Position numbers and translations under genes: made by a program. Positions 28,480 through 37,223 of a stretch of DNA of 40,726 bases are shown piece by piece. This DNA comes from Eubacteriales bacterium (GTDB taxonomy: Bacteria > Bacillota > Clostridia > Oscillospirales > CAG-382). The first letter of the stretch is position 1. Every line of letters starts with the position of its first letter. The stretch spans positions 1-40,726 of the forward strand of contig JAZUNS010000157.1 of the NCBI GenBank assembly GCA_045604285.1. Reading direction: 5' to 3'. Below the pieces are notes generated by a model. It saw only the letters and a program-made list of their open reading frames with translations. It searched no databases and had not been told where the DNA came from.

Positions 28480-30858
28480 ATGAAGGTTTCACTTAATTGG
28501 ATAAAGGATTACGTTGATATAAACGTAAGCGCAAAAGAGCTGGCAGATATTATGACCTACACCGGCACTAAGGCCGAAAGCTGGGAAACTTTGCCCGCTA
28601 ATTTGCAAAACATAGTTGTCGGCACCGTGCTTTCCACCGAAAAGCATCCCGATGCAGACAGACTTACCATTTGTAAAATAGACGTAGGCGCAGAGACGCC
28701 CGTTCAAATAATAACCGCCGCTACCAACGTAGTACCCGGCGCAAAGGTTCCCGTTTGTCTTGACGGCGCCATCCTTTCCGACGGTACCAAAATAAAGAAG
28801 GGCAAGCTTAGAGGGCTTCCCTCTGAGGGTATGCTTTGCTCTGTTCACGAGCTGGGCCTTACCCTTAACGATTTCCCCTATGCAGAGGATGACGGTATAT
28901 TCCTTATTGAAGAAGAATGCCACAACGGTCAGGATATAAGAGACGCCCTTAATATGCGTGACGAGGTTATTGATTTTGAGCTTACCTTTAACAGACCCGA
29001 TTGTCTTGGCTTTATTGGTATAGCAAGAGAAGCTGCGGCTTCCATCAACAGCCCCTTCAAGCTTGAAGCGCCCAAATACAGCGTTAATCCCGCTGCCGGC
29101 AAGGTTGAGGACTATATAAGCGTTGACGTGCGCAACACCAAGCTTTGTCCCCGTTATTCTGCGGCTGTAGTTACCAACGTTAAGATCGAGCCCAGTCCCC
29201 TTTGGTTAAGGGCAAGACTTAAGGCGGCAGGCGTGCGCCCCATTAACAATATAGTTGATATTACCAACTACGTTATGCTTGAATACGGTCAGCCCATGCA
29301 CGCATTTGACTATAACTATATAACCTCTAAGAAGATAGTTGTGCGCAACGCTGCCGAGGGCGAGTGCATCACCACCCTTGACGGCAACGAGCACAAGCTT
29401 ACCGAACAGATGCTTTGCATTGCAGACGGCGAAAAGCCCGTTGCATTGGCAGGCGTTATGGGCGGTCTTAACAGCGAGATTCTTGACAGCACTGTTACCG
29501 TTGTGTTTGAATCTGCAAATTTTGACCGTGCAAGCATCCGTCACACTTCCAGAGATTGCGGTCTTAGAACCGAAAGCAGCGGCAAGTTTGAAAAAGGTTT
29601 GCCTATCTGCAACACCGTTCCCGCCCTTGAAAGAGCCCTTGAGCTTGTTACCATGCTTGGTTGCGGCGACGTTGCAGAAGGCATAATAGATATATGCAAT
29701 GCAGATATCTCTCCCCGCCGCATCCCCTTCGATTACGAACGTGTTAACACCCTTTTGGGCATTGAGCTAAGCCGTGACGAAATGGCAGAAATGCTTAAGC
29801 CCCTTGAAATGTTTGCAGAGGGTGACGAGCTGGTTGTTCCTCCTTACAGAATGGATATGGAACGTACTGCAGATATCGCCGAAGAAGTTGCAAGGCTTTA
29901 CGGCTATAACAAGATACCCTCCACCCGCTTTAACGGTGAGGTAACCGTAGGCGCCTACAGCAAGAGCCAGCGTTTTGTGGCAGACCTTAAGGCGGCGGCA
30001 GTTTCCAACGGCTTTTACGAGATAGCTACCTACTCCTTCATCTCCCCCAAGGCTTATGACAGAATAGGCTTGGCGGCTGACGATTTCCGCAGAAACAGTA
30101 TAAAGCTTATCAACCCCTTGGGTGAAGATACCTCCGTTATGCGTACGGTAGCGCTTCCCTCCATGCTGGACGTTGTTGCGTACAACCGCAACCGCAAGGC
30201 AGAGGAAATAGGCCTGTTTGAATGCGCTACGGTTTACTATCCCACCGAGGACGGTATGTCTGACGAACGCAAAGAGTTTGTAATAGCCATGGACGGCAAG
30301 GGTGACTTTTATGACCTTAAGGGCTACGTTGAAGCATTGCTTGACGCAGTTAACGTTAAGGCTTACAAGGTTGTTTCCGGTGAAGAAGCAGGCTTCCACC
30401 CCGGCATTTGCGCTAAGCTTTGCAAGGGACAGCAGGTGCTTGGCGTAATGGGACAGATACACCCCGCAGTAGCTGCCGAATACGGCTTAAGCAAGCATAC
30501 CTACGCCGCAGTGCTGTACGTTAAAGAGCTGCTTGAGGTTGCTGACAACAGCAAGCAATTTAAAAAGCTTCCTGCCTTCCCTGCCCTTACCCGTGACCTT
30601 GCTTTGGTTATGGATGACGCCGTTGAAGCCGGCACCGTTGCAGATATGATAACAAAATCTGCCGGCAAGGCTTTGGAAAGCATTAAGGTGTTTGACGTAT
30701 ACAAGGGCGCAGGCATTGCTGACGGCAAGAAGAGCGTGGCGTTCAGCCTTGTTTTCCGCTTGGCAGACAAGACCATGAACGACGCAGACGCAGACAAGGC
30801 GGTTGCAAACATACTTCGCAGATTGGAAGCGGAGGCAGGTATAACCCTGCGTTCCTAA
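28480..30858 (+). CDS. pheT: phenylalanine-tRNA ligase beta subunit
   Basis: HPDADRL, SEGMLCS, TFNRPD, RPINNIVDITNYVM, C-terminal FDX-ACB domain. Confidence 0.99.
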   Translation: MKVSLNWIKDYVDINVSAKELADIMTYTGTKAESWETLPANLQNIVVGTVLSTEKHPDADRLTICKIDVGAETPVQIITAATNVVPGAKVPVCLDGAILSDGTKIKKGKLRGLPSEGMLCSVHELGLTLNDFPYAEDDGIFLIEEECHNGQDIRDALNMRDEVIDFELTFNRPDCLGFIGIAREAAASINSPFKLEAPKYSVNPAAGKVEDYISVDVRNTKLCPRYSAAVVTNVKIEPSPLWLRARLKAAGVRPINNIVDITNYVMLEYGQPMHAFDYNYITSKKIVVRNAAEGECITTLDGNEHKLTEQMLCIADGEKPVALAGVMGGLNSEILDSTVTVVFESANFDRASIRHTSRDCGLRTESSGKFEKGLPICNTVPALERALELVTMLGCGDVAEGIIDICNADISPRRIPFDYERVNTLLGIELSRDEMAEMLKPLEMFAEGDELVVPPYRMDMERTADIAEEVARLYGYNKIPSTRFNGEVTVGAYSKSQRFVADLKAAAVSNGFYEIATYSFISPKAYDRIGLAADDFRRNSIKLINPLGEDTSVMRTVALPSMLDVVAYNRNRKAEEIGLFECATVYYPTEDGMSDERKEFVIAMDGKGDFYDLKGYVEALLDAVNVKAYKVVSGEEAGFHPGICAKLCKGQQVLGVMGQIHPAVAAEYGLSKHTYAAVLYVKELLEVADNSKQFKKLPAFPALTRDLALVMDDAVEAGTVADMITKSAGKALESIKVFDVYKGAGIADGKKSVAFSLVFRLADKTMNDADADKAVANILRRLEAEAGITLRS

Positions 30859-30890
30859 TTCCTTAACTAACGTATCAAAGGAGAAAAGCC

Positions 30891-31154
30891 ATGAACAGAA
30901 ATGCACAAACGGGACAAAAAACTCAGCAATTTGATATTTGCAAGGACAACAATGCAGAGATGCGCAAAATGCTGACGGAAGTTTATAACGCTTTGAAGGA
31001 AAAGGGCTATAATCCCATTAACCAGATAGTTGGATATATTCTATCCGAGGACCCGACCTACATAACCAACTACAACAACGCTCGCACTATCATCAGCAAG
31101 ATGGACAGATACGAGCTTATGCGTGTGCTGGTTCAGGATTTTCTCCGGGTATAA
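30891..31154 (+). CDS. ireB: IreB/ReoM family regulatory phosphoprotein
   Basis: ALKEKGYNPINQIVGYILSEDPTYIT. Confidence 0.93.
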   Translation: MNRNAQTGQKTQQFDICKDNNAEMRKMLTEVYNALKEKGYNPINQIVGYILSEDPTYITNYNNARTIISKMDRYELMRVLVQDFLRV

Positions 31155-31177
31155 ATAACAAATAAGGAGCGCGAATA

Positions 31178-31459
31178 ATGGAAAACGTATTGACCTATAA
31201 GGGTAAGCCCTTGGTTCGTCAAGGTAACTTTTTGTTCTACGGTCTGCCTACGGACAAATATATTTTGTTTATGAATATATTAGAGTCTAAAAAAAGCGGT
31301 GACCTTGACATTGCCACCAAGGTTTTGGTGCAGATACAAAGCACGTCTGATACTGCCACCTTTAATGAAAAGGTTGTTAAGCAGTGCGAAAAGAGCTCGT
31401 TTTTCGATGCCTTTGAAATAGGCATGATCTGGCTTGAAAGAGAGCTTAAAAAAGCATGA
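31178..31459 (+). CDS. hypothetical protein
   Basis: AAGGAG RBS, 93-aa ORF co-oriented with ireB. Confidence 0.75.
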   Translation: MENVLTYKGKPLVRQGNFLFYGLPTDKYILFMNILESKKSGDLDIATKVLVQIQSTSDTATFNEKVVKQCEKSSFFDAFEIGMIWLERELKKA

Positions 31460-31465
31460 TCACTT

Positions 31466-31496
31466 TGAAAGGTCGGGGATAAGCCCCGACCTTTCA
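31466..31496 (+). terminator. hairpin after the ireB operon, abutting the MITE end
   Basis: TGAAAGGTCGGGG-ataag-CCCCGACCTTTCA. Confidence 0.65.
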
Positions 31497-31584
31497 GACC
31501 GCTGACAAAGGCACAGAACACGAAAAACACAAAAAATCGATTACAGCAAAGTTGAACAGTCGGGAAAGCTTCCCGACTTTTCTG
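31494..31584. mobile_element. truncated inverted copy of the 2984-3210 MITE (one end only)
   Basis: Closely matches the reverse complement of ~3119-3210, including the TIR TCAGACCGCTGACAAA and the AGTCGGGAAAGCTTCCCGACT palindrome. Confidence 0.8.
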
Positions 31585-31589
31585 TTTGT

Positions 31590-31673
31590 TTATTTAGCTT
31601 TAACCGCAGGCTTAAATATCCGCCGCAAAATCGGCTTAAAAAGCGCAGGCGATTTAATAATATACACCTTCAC
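31590..31673 (-). CDS. spoVM: stage V sporulation protein M-like peptide (27 aa)
   Basis: GTG start after AAGGGGGTG; MKVYIIKSPALFKPILRRIFKPAVKAK with Pro9 and an amphipathic helix; not in ORF track. Confidence 0.75.
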   Translation of the reverse strand: MKVYIIKSPALFKPILRRIFKPAVKAK

Positions 31674-31685
31674 AGCAACACCCCC

Positions 31686-31835
31686 TTATCCGCGCCCAAA
31701 AAGCAACACGCCCGTTCCGAGAATAAGTACACCCTGAACACACACCAAAACGCCGGCAGGCAAAAAGCTTGTAAGCAATACGCCCACGCCGAAAGCGCAG
31801 GCGCAGACGGCAAAAAGCCCCTTGTTTCCGCACAT
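31686..31835 (-). CDS. 49-aa two-TM small protein
   Basis: Perfect AAGGAGGTG RBS; MCGNKGLFAVCACAFGVGVLLTSFLPAGVLVCVQGVLILGTGVLLFGRG; not in ORF track. Confidence 0.75.
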   Translation of the reverse strand: MCGNKGLFAVCACAFGVGVLLTSFLPAGVLVCVQGVLILGTGVLLFGRG

Positions 31836-31890
31836 AAAGCCTACACCTCCTTATTACCTATGATACTCTGAATTTATTTTTTTGTTACGG

Positions 31891-31920
31891 GTTATGACCT
31901 TAACCCCAAAAGCATACAAT
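31891..31920 (+). promoter_or_regulatory. mother-cell sigma-E/K-type promoter
   Basis: -10 CATACAAT at 31913-31920; weak -35 GTTATGA 15 bp upstream. Confidence 0.5.
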
Positions 31921-31954
31921 TAAACAAAAAACTTTTTAAAGGAGTAGGTAAAAT

Positions 31955-33490
31955 ATGAAGGCGGAAACCACGACCGTTAAACTACCGCGCACGCTTTTGG
32001 AAACAGGTGCAGATAAGGATATAGAATTGGAATGCACCCTTGCCGATTATCTGCCGGGCATAAATAGGGTAATACGCACAGAGGCTAATTTGTTGCCGGA
32101 AGAGGTAATAATAAACGGAAACAAGGCAGAGCTTTACGGCAAAGCGGTTTTTTCGCTTCTTTACGAATCCGATTACAAGGGCAAGCTTAAAAGCGAAAAG
32201 TTTGTTACCGACTTTAACCAGCGCTTTGATATAGGCGAGCTGCCCGACGGCGAGCATTTTCCCATAGCCCATTGCCGTTGCAGCTACGTTGGGTGCAAAA
32301 CTCTTAACCCAAGGCGTTTTATCCTAAGGTGCAGAGCCGACACCCGCATAGAAATTAAGTCTATGCAAGGCGCAAAAACCGTCTCTGCCGAGGATTGCAA
32401 GGGAGCGTTTTTTAAGACGGCTAACCACGAAGTAAGCTACGTTATGCCGCCGTGCAGAAAGGATTTTTCTATCCACGAAAACATCAGCCTTGAGGGTATG
32501 ACCCCCGTTGCCGAGATAATTTATGCAGCCGTTTGCTTTACGCCCGGCGAGCTTAGCCTATCCGATGGGTGCGCCACCGTGCGCTGTAACGGCGTATTTA
32601 AATGTCTGTACGAAGAAGAAAGCGACGAGGGTAACATAAAGCTGTTGGAAAGAAGCTTTCCTGCATCGTTCAGTATTGACGACCCGGATATATCAAGCGA
32701 TACGAAGGCAAACGCAGATATAGTTTGCACCGGTTGCGAGGCAATGAAGGAACAAGACAATTACGGCGAAAACCGCATAATATCCCTAAACTGCAACGCA
32801 CTTGTTAAGCTTAGCTATCTTAATAAGACCAATATTAAAGCAGCGACGGATATGTTTTTTGAGGAATACGAATGCAAAGCACGCCGTGACGCTTTGTACT
32901 GTGAAGAGGCAGAAATGTTGCCAAGGCACAGATTTACCGTTGAAAAAGCGGTGGAAATACCGGATTTGCCTTTTACAAGCTGCATAGACAGCAACTGCGA
33001 AATCGTTATTAAAGAGGTTGCCGTAGAGGACGGCAATATTGAGGTAAAGGGTGTTTGCGCCATGAACGTTTTGGGGTGCGATGAGGACGGTTTCAGCACC
33101 CACGACGTAAATCTAAGCTTTACCGAAACCGTGCCGCTGCAGTTAAAGGGCGTTGATGCTAAGGCAAAAATAAGTGCAAATGCCATAAACGCAAGTGCCG
33201 ACGTAAACAACGGCAGATTTAACCTGAGAATAGCCGCCGAGCTTTGCGGTTTTATATACAAAAAGAAAAGCTTTGAAGCCCTTGCCGAAGCGGAGGTTAC
33301 AAAGCTTGAGGCGGAAGCCGAGGATTGCAAACCGATTGTTATATATTACCCCGAAAAGGGCGAAACCGCCTGGGATATAGGAAAACGGTACCACGTTGAC
33401 CCTAAAAGCATACTTGCAGCAAACGGAGATGCCTTTGGGAAGAACGAAGAGATCGTAAACAGCGGCACCGTTTTATATATGCAGGCATAA
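31955..33490 (+). CDS. spore coat morphogenetic protein, SipL-like (DUF3794/SPOCS repeats + LysM)
   Basis: Three repeated beta-rich segments; C-terminal LysM YYPEKGETAWDIGKRYHV...ILAAN. Confidence 0.8.
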   Translation: MKAETTTVKLPRTLLETGADKDIELECTLADYLPGINRVIRTEANLLPEEVIINGNKAELYGKAVFSLLYESDYKGKLKSEKFVTDFNQRFDIGELPDGEHFPIAHCRCSYVGCKTLNPRRFILRCRADTRIEIKSMQGAKTVSAEDCKGAFFKTANHEVSYVMPPCRKDFSIHENISLEGMTPVAEIIYAAVCFTPGELSLSDGCATVRCNGVFKCLYEEESDEGNIKLLERSFPASFSIDDPDISSDTKANADIVCTGCEAMKEQDNYGENRIISLNCNALVKLSYLNKTNIKAATDMFFEEYECKARRDALYCEEAEMLPRHRFTVEKAVEIPDLPFTSCIDSNCEIVIKEVAVEDGNIEVKGVCAMNVLGCDEDGFSTHDVNLSFTETVPLQLKGVDAKAKISANAINASADVNNGRFNLRIAAELCGFIYKKKSFEALAEAEVTKLEAEAEDCKPIVIYYPEKGETAWDIGKRYHVDPKSILAANGDAFGKNEEIVNSGTVLYMQA

Positions 33491-33570
33491 ACCGTAAGAT
33501 TTATGCTGCGGCAAATCGTTTTAGCGGTAAAGCATAAAACATATCGAACACTATTTAAGACATAGACGCC

Positions 33571-33602
33571 AAAAAGCCTTGCAGTTACCTGCAAGGCTTT
33601 TT
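33571..33602. terminator. bidirectional terminator
   Basis: AAAAAGCCTTGCAG-ttac-CTGCAAGGCTTTTT between convergent genes. Confidence 0.88.
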
Positions 33603-33684
33603 GAATTACTTATCCGTTATGCTGCGGCGGGGGGTATTGCCGCATTACATATTTTAATAAGATTTTGTCGTTAAGACTTTTAAG

Positions 33685-35055
33685 TTATGCTCTCTTCTTA
33701 AGAACAACTACAGCACCTGCAGAGATAACTGCGAGAACTGCGAATGCAGCGATACCGAGGTCGCCGGTGTCGGGCTGGTCGTCTACTACGGGAGCATCAA
33801 CAGAGGATTCTTCAACGGAAGAATCTTCAACGGAAGAATCAACGGAGGAAGGTTCTTCGGAAGAGGGTTCTTCGGAGGAAGGTTCTTCGGAAGAGGGTTC
33901 TTCAGAGGAAGGTTCTTCGGAAGAGGGTTCTTCAGAGGAAGGTTCTTCGGAAGTTTCTTCTACGAAAGGAACGTAAACCTTTATAACGTCACCGTCTTCG
34001 TTGGAAGAAAGTTCGAAGGTGCCGTCGCCAAGTTCCCAAGTAGGAACGTTGATGTCAGCTTCAGAAAGTTCTGCGCCTTCAGCGATGTCAAAATCAGCTT
34101 CGAGAGCTACAGTGCCTTCTGCGAAGGTGGACATGCTTGCGAAGGAAACAGTGATCTGACCTTCCATAACGTCGTTGAGAGCGCCGCCGGTAGCGGTTGC
34201 TGCAGAGTTTGCAACGTAGGTGAGGTTTTCAGAGATAGCGAAAACAACCTTGCCGTTGCCGATGCCGTCGGGAAGAACGATGGAGAGGCTAGCAGTGCCG
34301 TCGCCATTGTCGGTAAGGGTTGCAGTGTAAGTAGGATCAGCTACAACTACTTCTTCTTCAGAAGATTCAGAAGAATCAACTTCAGAAGATTCAGAAGGTT
34401 CTACGTCAGAAGGTTCTTCGGAAGAGGGTTCTTCAGAAGAGGGTTCTTCGGAAGAGGGTTCTTCAGAGGAAGGTTCAGAAGGCTGAGGAGCGGAACCGGG
34501 AGCGTAAGCTTCGATTTCGTCATACTGGCAAACGTACTGGTTAGTCATAAGCATGATGGTGAGAGTGGTGATATCGGTAAGCTCAACATCAACGGAAACG
34601 TCAAAGTACTGATCAACGGGAGCTTCTGCGCCGTAAAGAGGAGCGCCTGCTACAGCAGTCTTGGTAGCTTCGGTGGACATGATGGGGGTGCCGCCATTGA
34701 TAATGAGGGTACCGAAATCACGGTTAGAAGCGATACGAACGCTCTTGAAAACGATGGTGCCGATATCGGTAGCAGCGTCAAATTCAAAAGTATAAGTAAC
34801 GGTCTTAGCAGTGCCAAACCATTCGATGGAAACGCCGTCAACTGCGGAATCGCCGTTGAATTCGTTGGTGCCGTCGCCACGGTAGTTACCGTCGGTTACC
34901 ATAGAGCCGCTGTCTGCCTTGTTAGCGGTAAGGTCTGCAGTTACAGTGTAGGGCTTGTTAGCGAGCAAGTTACCTTCAGCTGCGGAAACGGACATGGTGC
35001 TGAAAGCACAAACAACCATAACAACAGCGAGAAGGGATGCGATAATCTTTCTCAT
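33685..35055 (-). CDS. sortase-anchored surface protein: signal peptide, CBM32/F5-8-like domain, linker, cohesin-like domain, linker, QPDTG anchor
   Basis: Start ATG 35055 after AAGGAG (MRKIIASLL...SA-AE); NLLANKPY..VTDG..EIEAY; PDTG + TM + KKRA; strongly biased high-expression codons. Confidence 0.8.
   Translation of the reverse strand: MRKIIASLLAVVMVVCAFSTMSVSAAEGNLLANKPYTVTADLTANKADSGSMVTDGNYRGDGTNEFNGDSAVDGVSIEWFGTAKTVTYTFEFDAATDIGTIVFKSVRIASNRDFGTLIINGGTPIMSTEATKTAVAGAPLYGAEAPVDQYFDVSVDVELTDITTLTIMLMTNQYVCQYDEIEAYAPGSAPQPSEPSSEEPSSEEPSSEEPSSEEPSDVEPSESSEVDSSESSEEEVVVADPTYTATLTDNGDGTASLSIVLPDGIGNGKVVFAISENLTYVANSAATATGGALNDVMEGQITVSFASMSTFAEGTVALEADFDIAEGAELSEADINVPTWELGDGTFELSSNEDGDVIKVYVPFVEETSEEPSSEEPSSEEPSSEEPSSEEPSSEEPSSEEPSSVDSSVEDSSVEESSVDAPVVDDQPDTGDLGIAAFAVLAVISAGAVVVLKKRA
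33805..33960 (-). repeat. 15-bp (30-bp higher order) coding tandem repeat, PSSEE/DSSVE
   Basis: Plus strand GGTTCTTCGGAAGAG / GGTTCTTCAGAGGAA alternating. Confidence 0.9.
34350..34485 (-). repeat. second PSSEE 15-bp repeat block
   Basis: Same unit as 33805-33960. Confidence 0.88.
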
Positions 35056-35400
35056 TTGTGTTTTTTCTCCTTGATTAAAAATTTTGTTTTTTGCTTTGAT
35101 AAACGAGTTTTGATGCGTAGGTTTTGTTTTAATTGCGTAACCCCCTCCTTTTTGCCCTGAGAAGACGCAACGGTGCGTAAGCAAAACCACACCGAAAGCC
35201 CAAACAGAGCTGCATAACCGGACTGGCCGAAGGGCAAGCCCTTACAGCCAACCACCATTATACCTGGTGCAAAGCACAGCCGATGCAGAAGCACCTGCCG
35301 TGAATTACAGGGTTAGCAAAGCAACTGCGCCCGCCACCCCAATAGCAACGGCGAGGCAGAGCAGCTGCCCCCACGCAAAAGATTGTTACCCTATAATCAC
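35056..35400 (-). ncRNA. ~345-nt structured 5' leader (unassigned RNA element)
   Basis: Six consecutive helices with G-U pairs on the minus strand between a consensus promoter and the RBS. Confidence 0.6.
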
Positions 35401-35404
35401 CTAT

Positions 35405-35433
35405 ATTATATAGTCGTGTTTGCAATTTGTCAA
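35405..35433 (-). promoter_or_regulatory. perfect consensus sigma-A promoter
   Basis: TTGACA-17bp-TATAAT. Confidence 0.9.
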
Positions 35434-35522
35434 TACTTTTTTTAAAATATTTTCGTGTCAATAATATCCTTTAGTGACAATCGCAGGGGAATTTATAATG
35501 TGGGATAGACGCATATTTTATG

Positions 35523-35551
35523 TTGATTTGCAAGGATAAATATGGTATAAT
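35523..35551 (+). promoter_or_regulatory. sigma-A promoter of the radical SAM operon
   Basis: TTGATT-17bp-TATAAT with extended TG. Confidence 0.75.
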
Positions 35552-35578
35552 AATAATTTGAAAGGTAGGTGGCTTGCT

Positions 35579-36460
35579 GTGGTACGCTGTGACATTTGCC
35601 CCAGAGATTGCAAAATTGACAGAGCCGCAGCCAAAGGCTTTTGCGGTGAGGGTAACAGCGTGCGAATAGCCCGTGCTGCGCCACACAAATGGGAAGAGCC
35701 TTGTATTTCGGGCACTATGGGCAGTGGCACAGTATTTTTCAGCGGTTGCAATCTGCGGTGCGTGTTTTGCCAAAACAGAACGATATCCCGCAGTGGCACG
35801 GGCAAAGAAGTCAGTGTGGAACAGCTTGCAACGATTTTTTTGCGTTTGCAGGCAGAGGGTATGCACAACGTTAACCTTGTTACCCCTACCCACTTTACCG
35901 TGCAGATAAAGGAAGCCCTGACCCGTGCTAAAGCCATGGGGCTTTATATACCCGTTGTTTGGAACAGCAGCGGCTATGAAAAAGCCGAAATAATACGAAG
36001 CCTTGCGGGGTACGTTGACGTATACATGCCCGATTTTAAATACGTAAGCGGTGGGTTAAGCAAAAAGTATTCTGCCGCAGAGGACTATTTTTCCGTTGCC
36101 AAGGCCGCCCTTGACGAGATGGTTTTGCAAAAGGGCAACGCCGTGTTTAAGGACGGGCTGCTTACAAAGGGCGTATTGGTACGGCACCTTGTTTTGCCGG
36201 GCTGTGTTGAAGACAGCAAGGCGGTGCTTAGGTTTTTGCACAGAAGATACGGAGAAGCGATATACATAAGCATAATGAAGCAATATACTCCGCCGAAGCA
36301 GGAGATGCCCGATGAGTTGGGCAGGCCCCTGTACGACGAGGAATATAACGAAGTTACCCGATATGCAGAAAAGCTTGGCATAACCAAAGGTTTTTTGCAG
36401 GAGGGTAACCCCGCCCTTGAAAGCTTTATACCCGAATTTGACTTGAGTGGAGTGGAATAA
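35579..36460 (+). CDS. radical SAM protein (PflX-like)
   Basis: N-terminal CDICPRDC, WEEPCISG, CNLRCVFCQN, VYMPDFKY, VRHLVLPG; GTG start inferred from RBS. Confidence 0.9.
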   Translation: MVRCDICPRDCKIDRAAAKGFCGEGNSVRIARAAPHKWEEPCISGTMGSGTVFFSGCNLRCVFCQNRTISRSGTGKEVSVEQLATIFLRLQAEGMHNVNLVTPTHFTVQIKEALTRAKAMGLYIPVVWNSSGYEKAEIIRSLAGYVDVYMPDFKYVSGGLSKKYSAAEDYFSVAKAALDEMVLQKGNAVFKDGLLTKGVLVRHLVLPGCVEDSKAVLRFLHRRYGEAIYISIMKQYTPPKQEMPDELGRPLYDEEYNEVTRYAEKLGITKGFLQEGNPALESFIPEFDLSGVE

Positions 36461-37016
36461 TTTGACAGACAAAGAAGCCCTGGTAAGGGTGAAGGATTAT
36501 ATACCCGATATTTACGTGGATTTGCCGTACAGCAAGCCGGATAATTTTACGGGCAAGCAGTTATACACCTTTAAGGACGCTTATCTGCGCTATGGGACCA
36601 CGCTTAAGCTTAAAGCCGCCCAGGATTATTTGCGGCCCTACGGCTACAGCCTTTTGATACTTGACGCCTACAGACCCGCAGCCGCCCAGTTTATTATGTG
36701 GGAGGCTATGCCCGACGATGATTTTGTTGCCGACCCGAGGCGTGGATATTCCAAGCACACAAGGGGCAGCACCGTGGACGTTACGCTGGTTACGTTGGAC
36801 GGTAAAAGCGTGGAGATGCCCTCCCCTTTTGACGATTTTAGCGGCGGAGCTAAGCGAGAGTACGACAAAATATCGGCGGAAGCGAGAAAAAACATTTTGC
36901 TTTTGGAAGCCGCAATGGAGCACGGTGGCTTTTGGGGATACGTTAACGAGTGGTGGCATTTTAACGACCACGATATTTACCCCGTGCTTGAAGAACCCGA
37001 TTTTGAGCTTGAATAG
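36447..37016 (+). CDS. D-alanyl-D-alanine dipeptidase (M15D, VanX/DdpX family)
   Basis: DNFTG, DAYRP, SKHTRGSTVD, EWWHF. Confidence 0.92.
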   Translation: MEWNNLTDKEALVRVKDYIPDIYVDLPYSKPDNFTGKQLYTFKDAYLRYGTTLKLKAAQDYLRPYGYSLLILDAYRPAAAQFIMWEAMPDDDFVADPRRGYSKHTRGSTVDVTLVTLDGKSVEMPSPFDDFSGGAKREYDKISAEARKNILLLEAAMEHGGFWGYVNEWWHFNDHDIYPVLEEPDFELE

Positions 37017-37030
37017 GGGGCGAGCCATTG

Positions 37031-37207
37031 ATGGAAAACAAATGCGTTAGCTGTGAGTATTTCGACTACGATGACGAAACGGACACGGAAGGCTGCATGA
37101 GAGGCCTTGACGAGGACGATATGCTGAGATTTTTGACCGGTAACACGGGGGCGTGTCCCTATTATAAATATTACGATGAGTACAAAACTGTAAGAAAACA
37201 AAACTGA
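37031..37207 (+). CDS. small Cys/acidic protein, DUF6472-like (58 aa)
   Basis: MENKCVSCEYFDYDDETDTEGCMRGLDEDDMLRFLTGNTGACPYYKYYDEYKTVRKQN; AGGGGG RBS; not in ORF track. Confidence 0.8.
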   Translation: MENKCVSCEYFDYDDETDTEGCMRGLDEDDMLRFLTGNTGACPYYKYYDEYKTVRKQN

Positions 37208-37223
37208 AAGGCGGTTTTTTATT

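Noticed and set aside
33805-34485. Tandem repeats (also 6133-6323) as a CRISPR array
   Set aside because: No unique spacers; units are in-frame coding repeats; no cas genes
35056-35190. 45-aa N-terminal extension of the surface protein in the ORF track
   Set aside because: RBS and signal peptide point to ATG 35055; upstream DNA is the structured leader
35130-35400. c-di-GMP, T-box, SAM or raiA identity for the leader
   Set aside because: Could not find their conserved sequence cores, or an intrinsic terminator U-tract after the last stem
36447-37016. Vancomycin resistance cluster
   Set aside because: Lone VanX/DdpX homologue without vanH, ligase or vanRS
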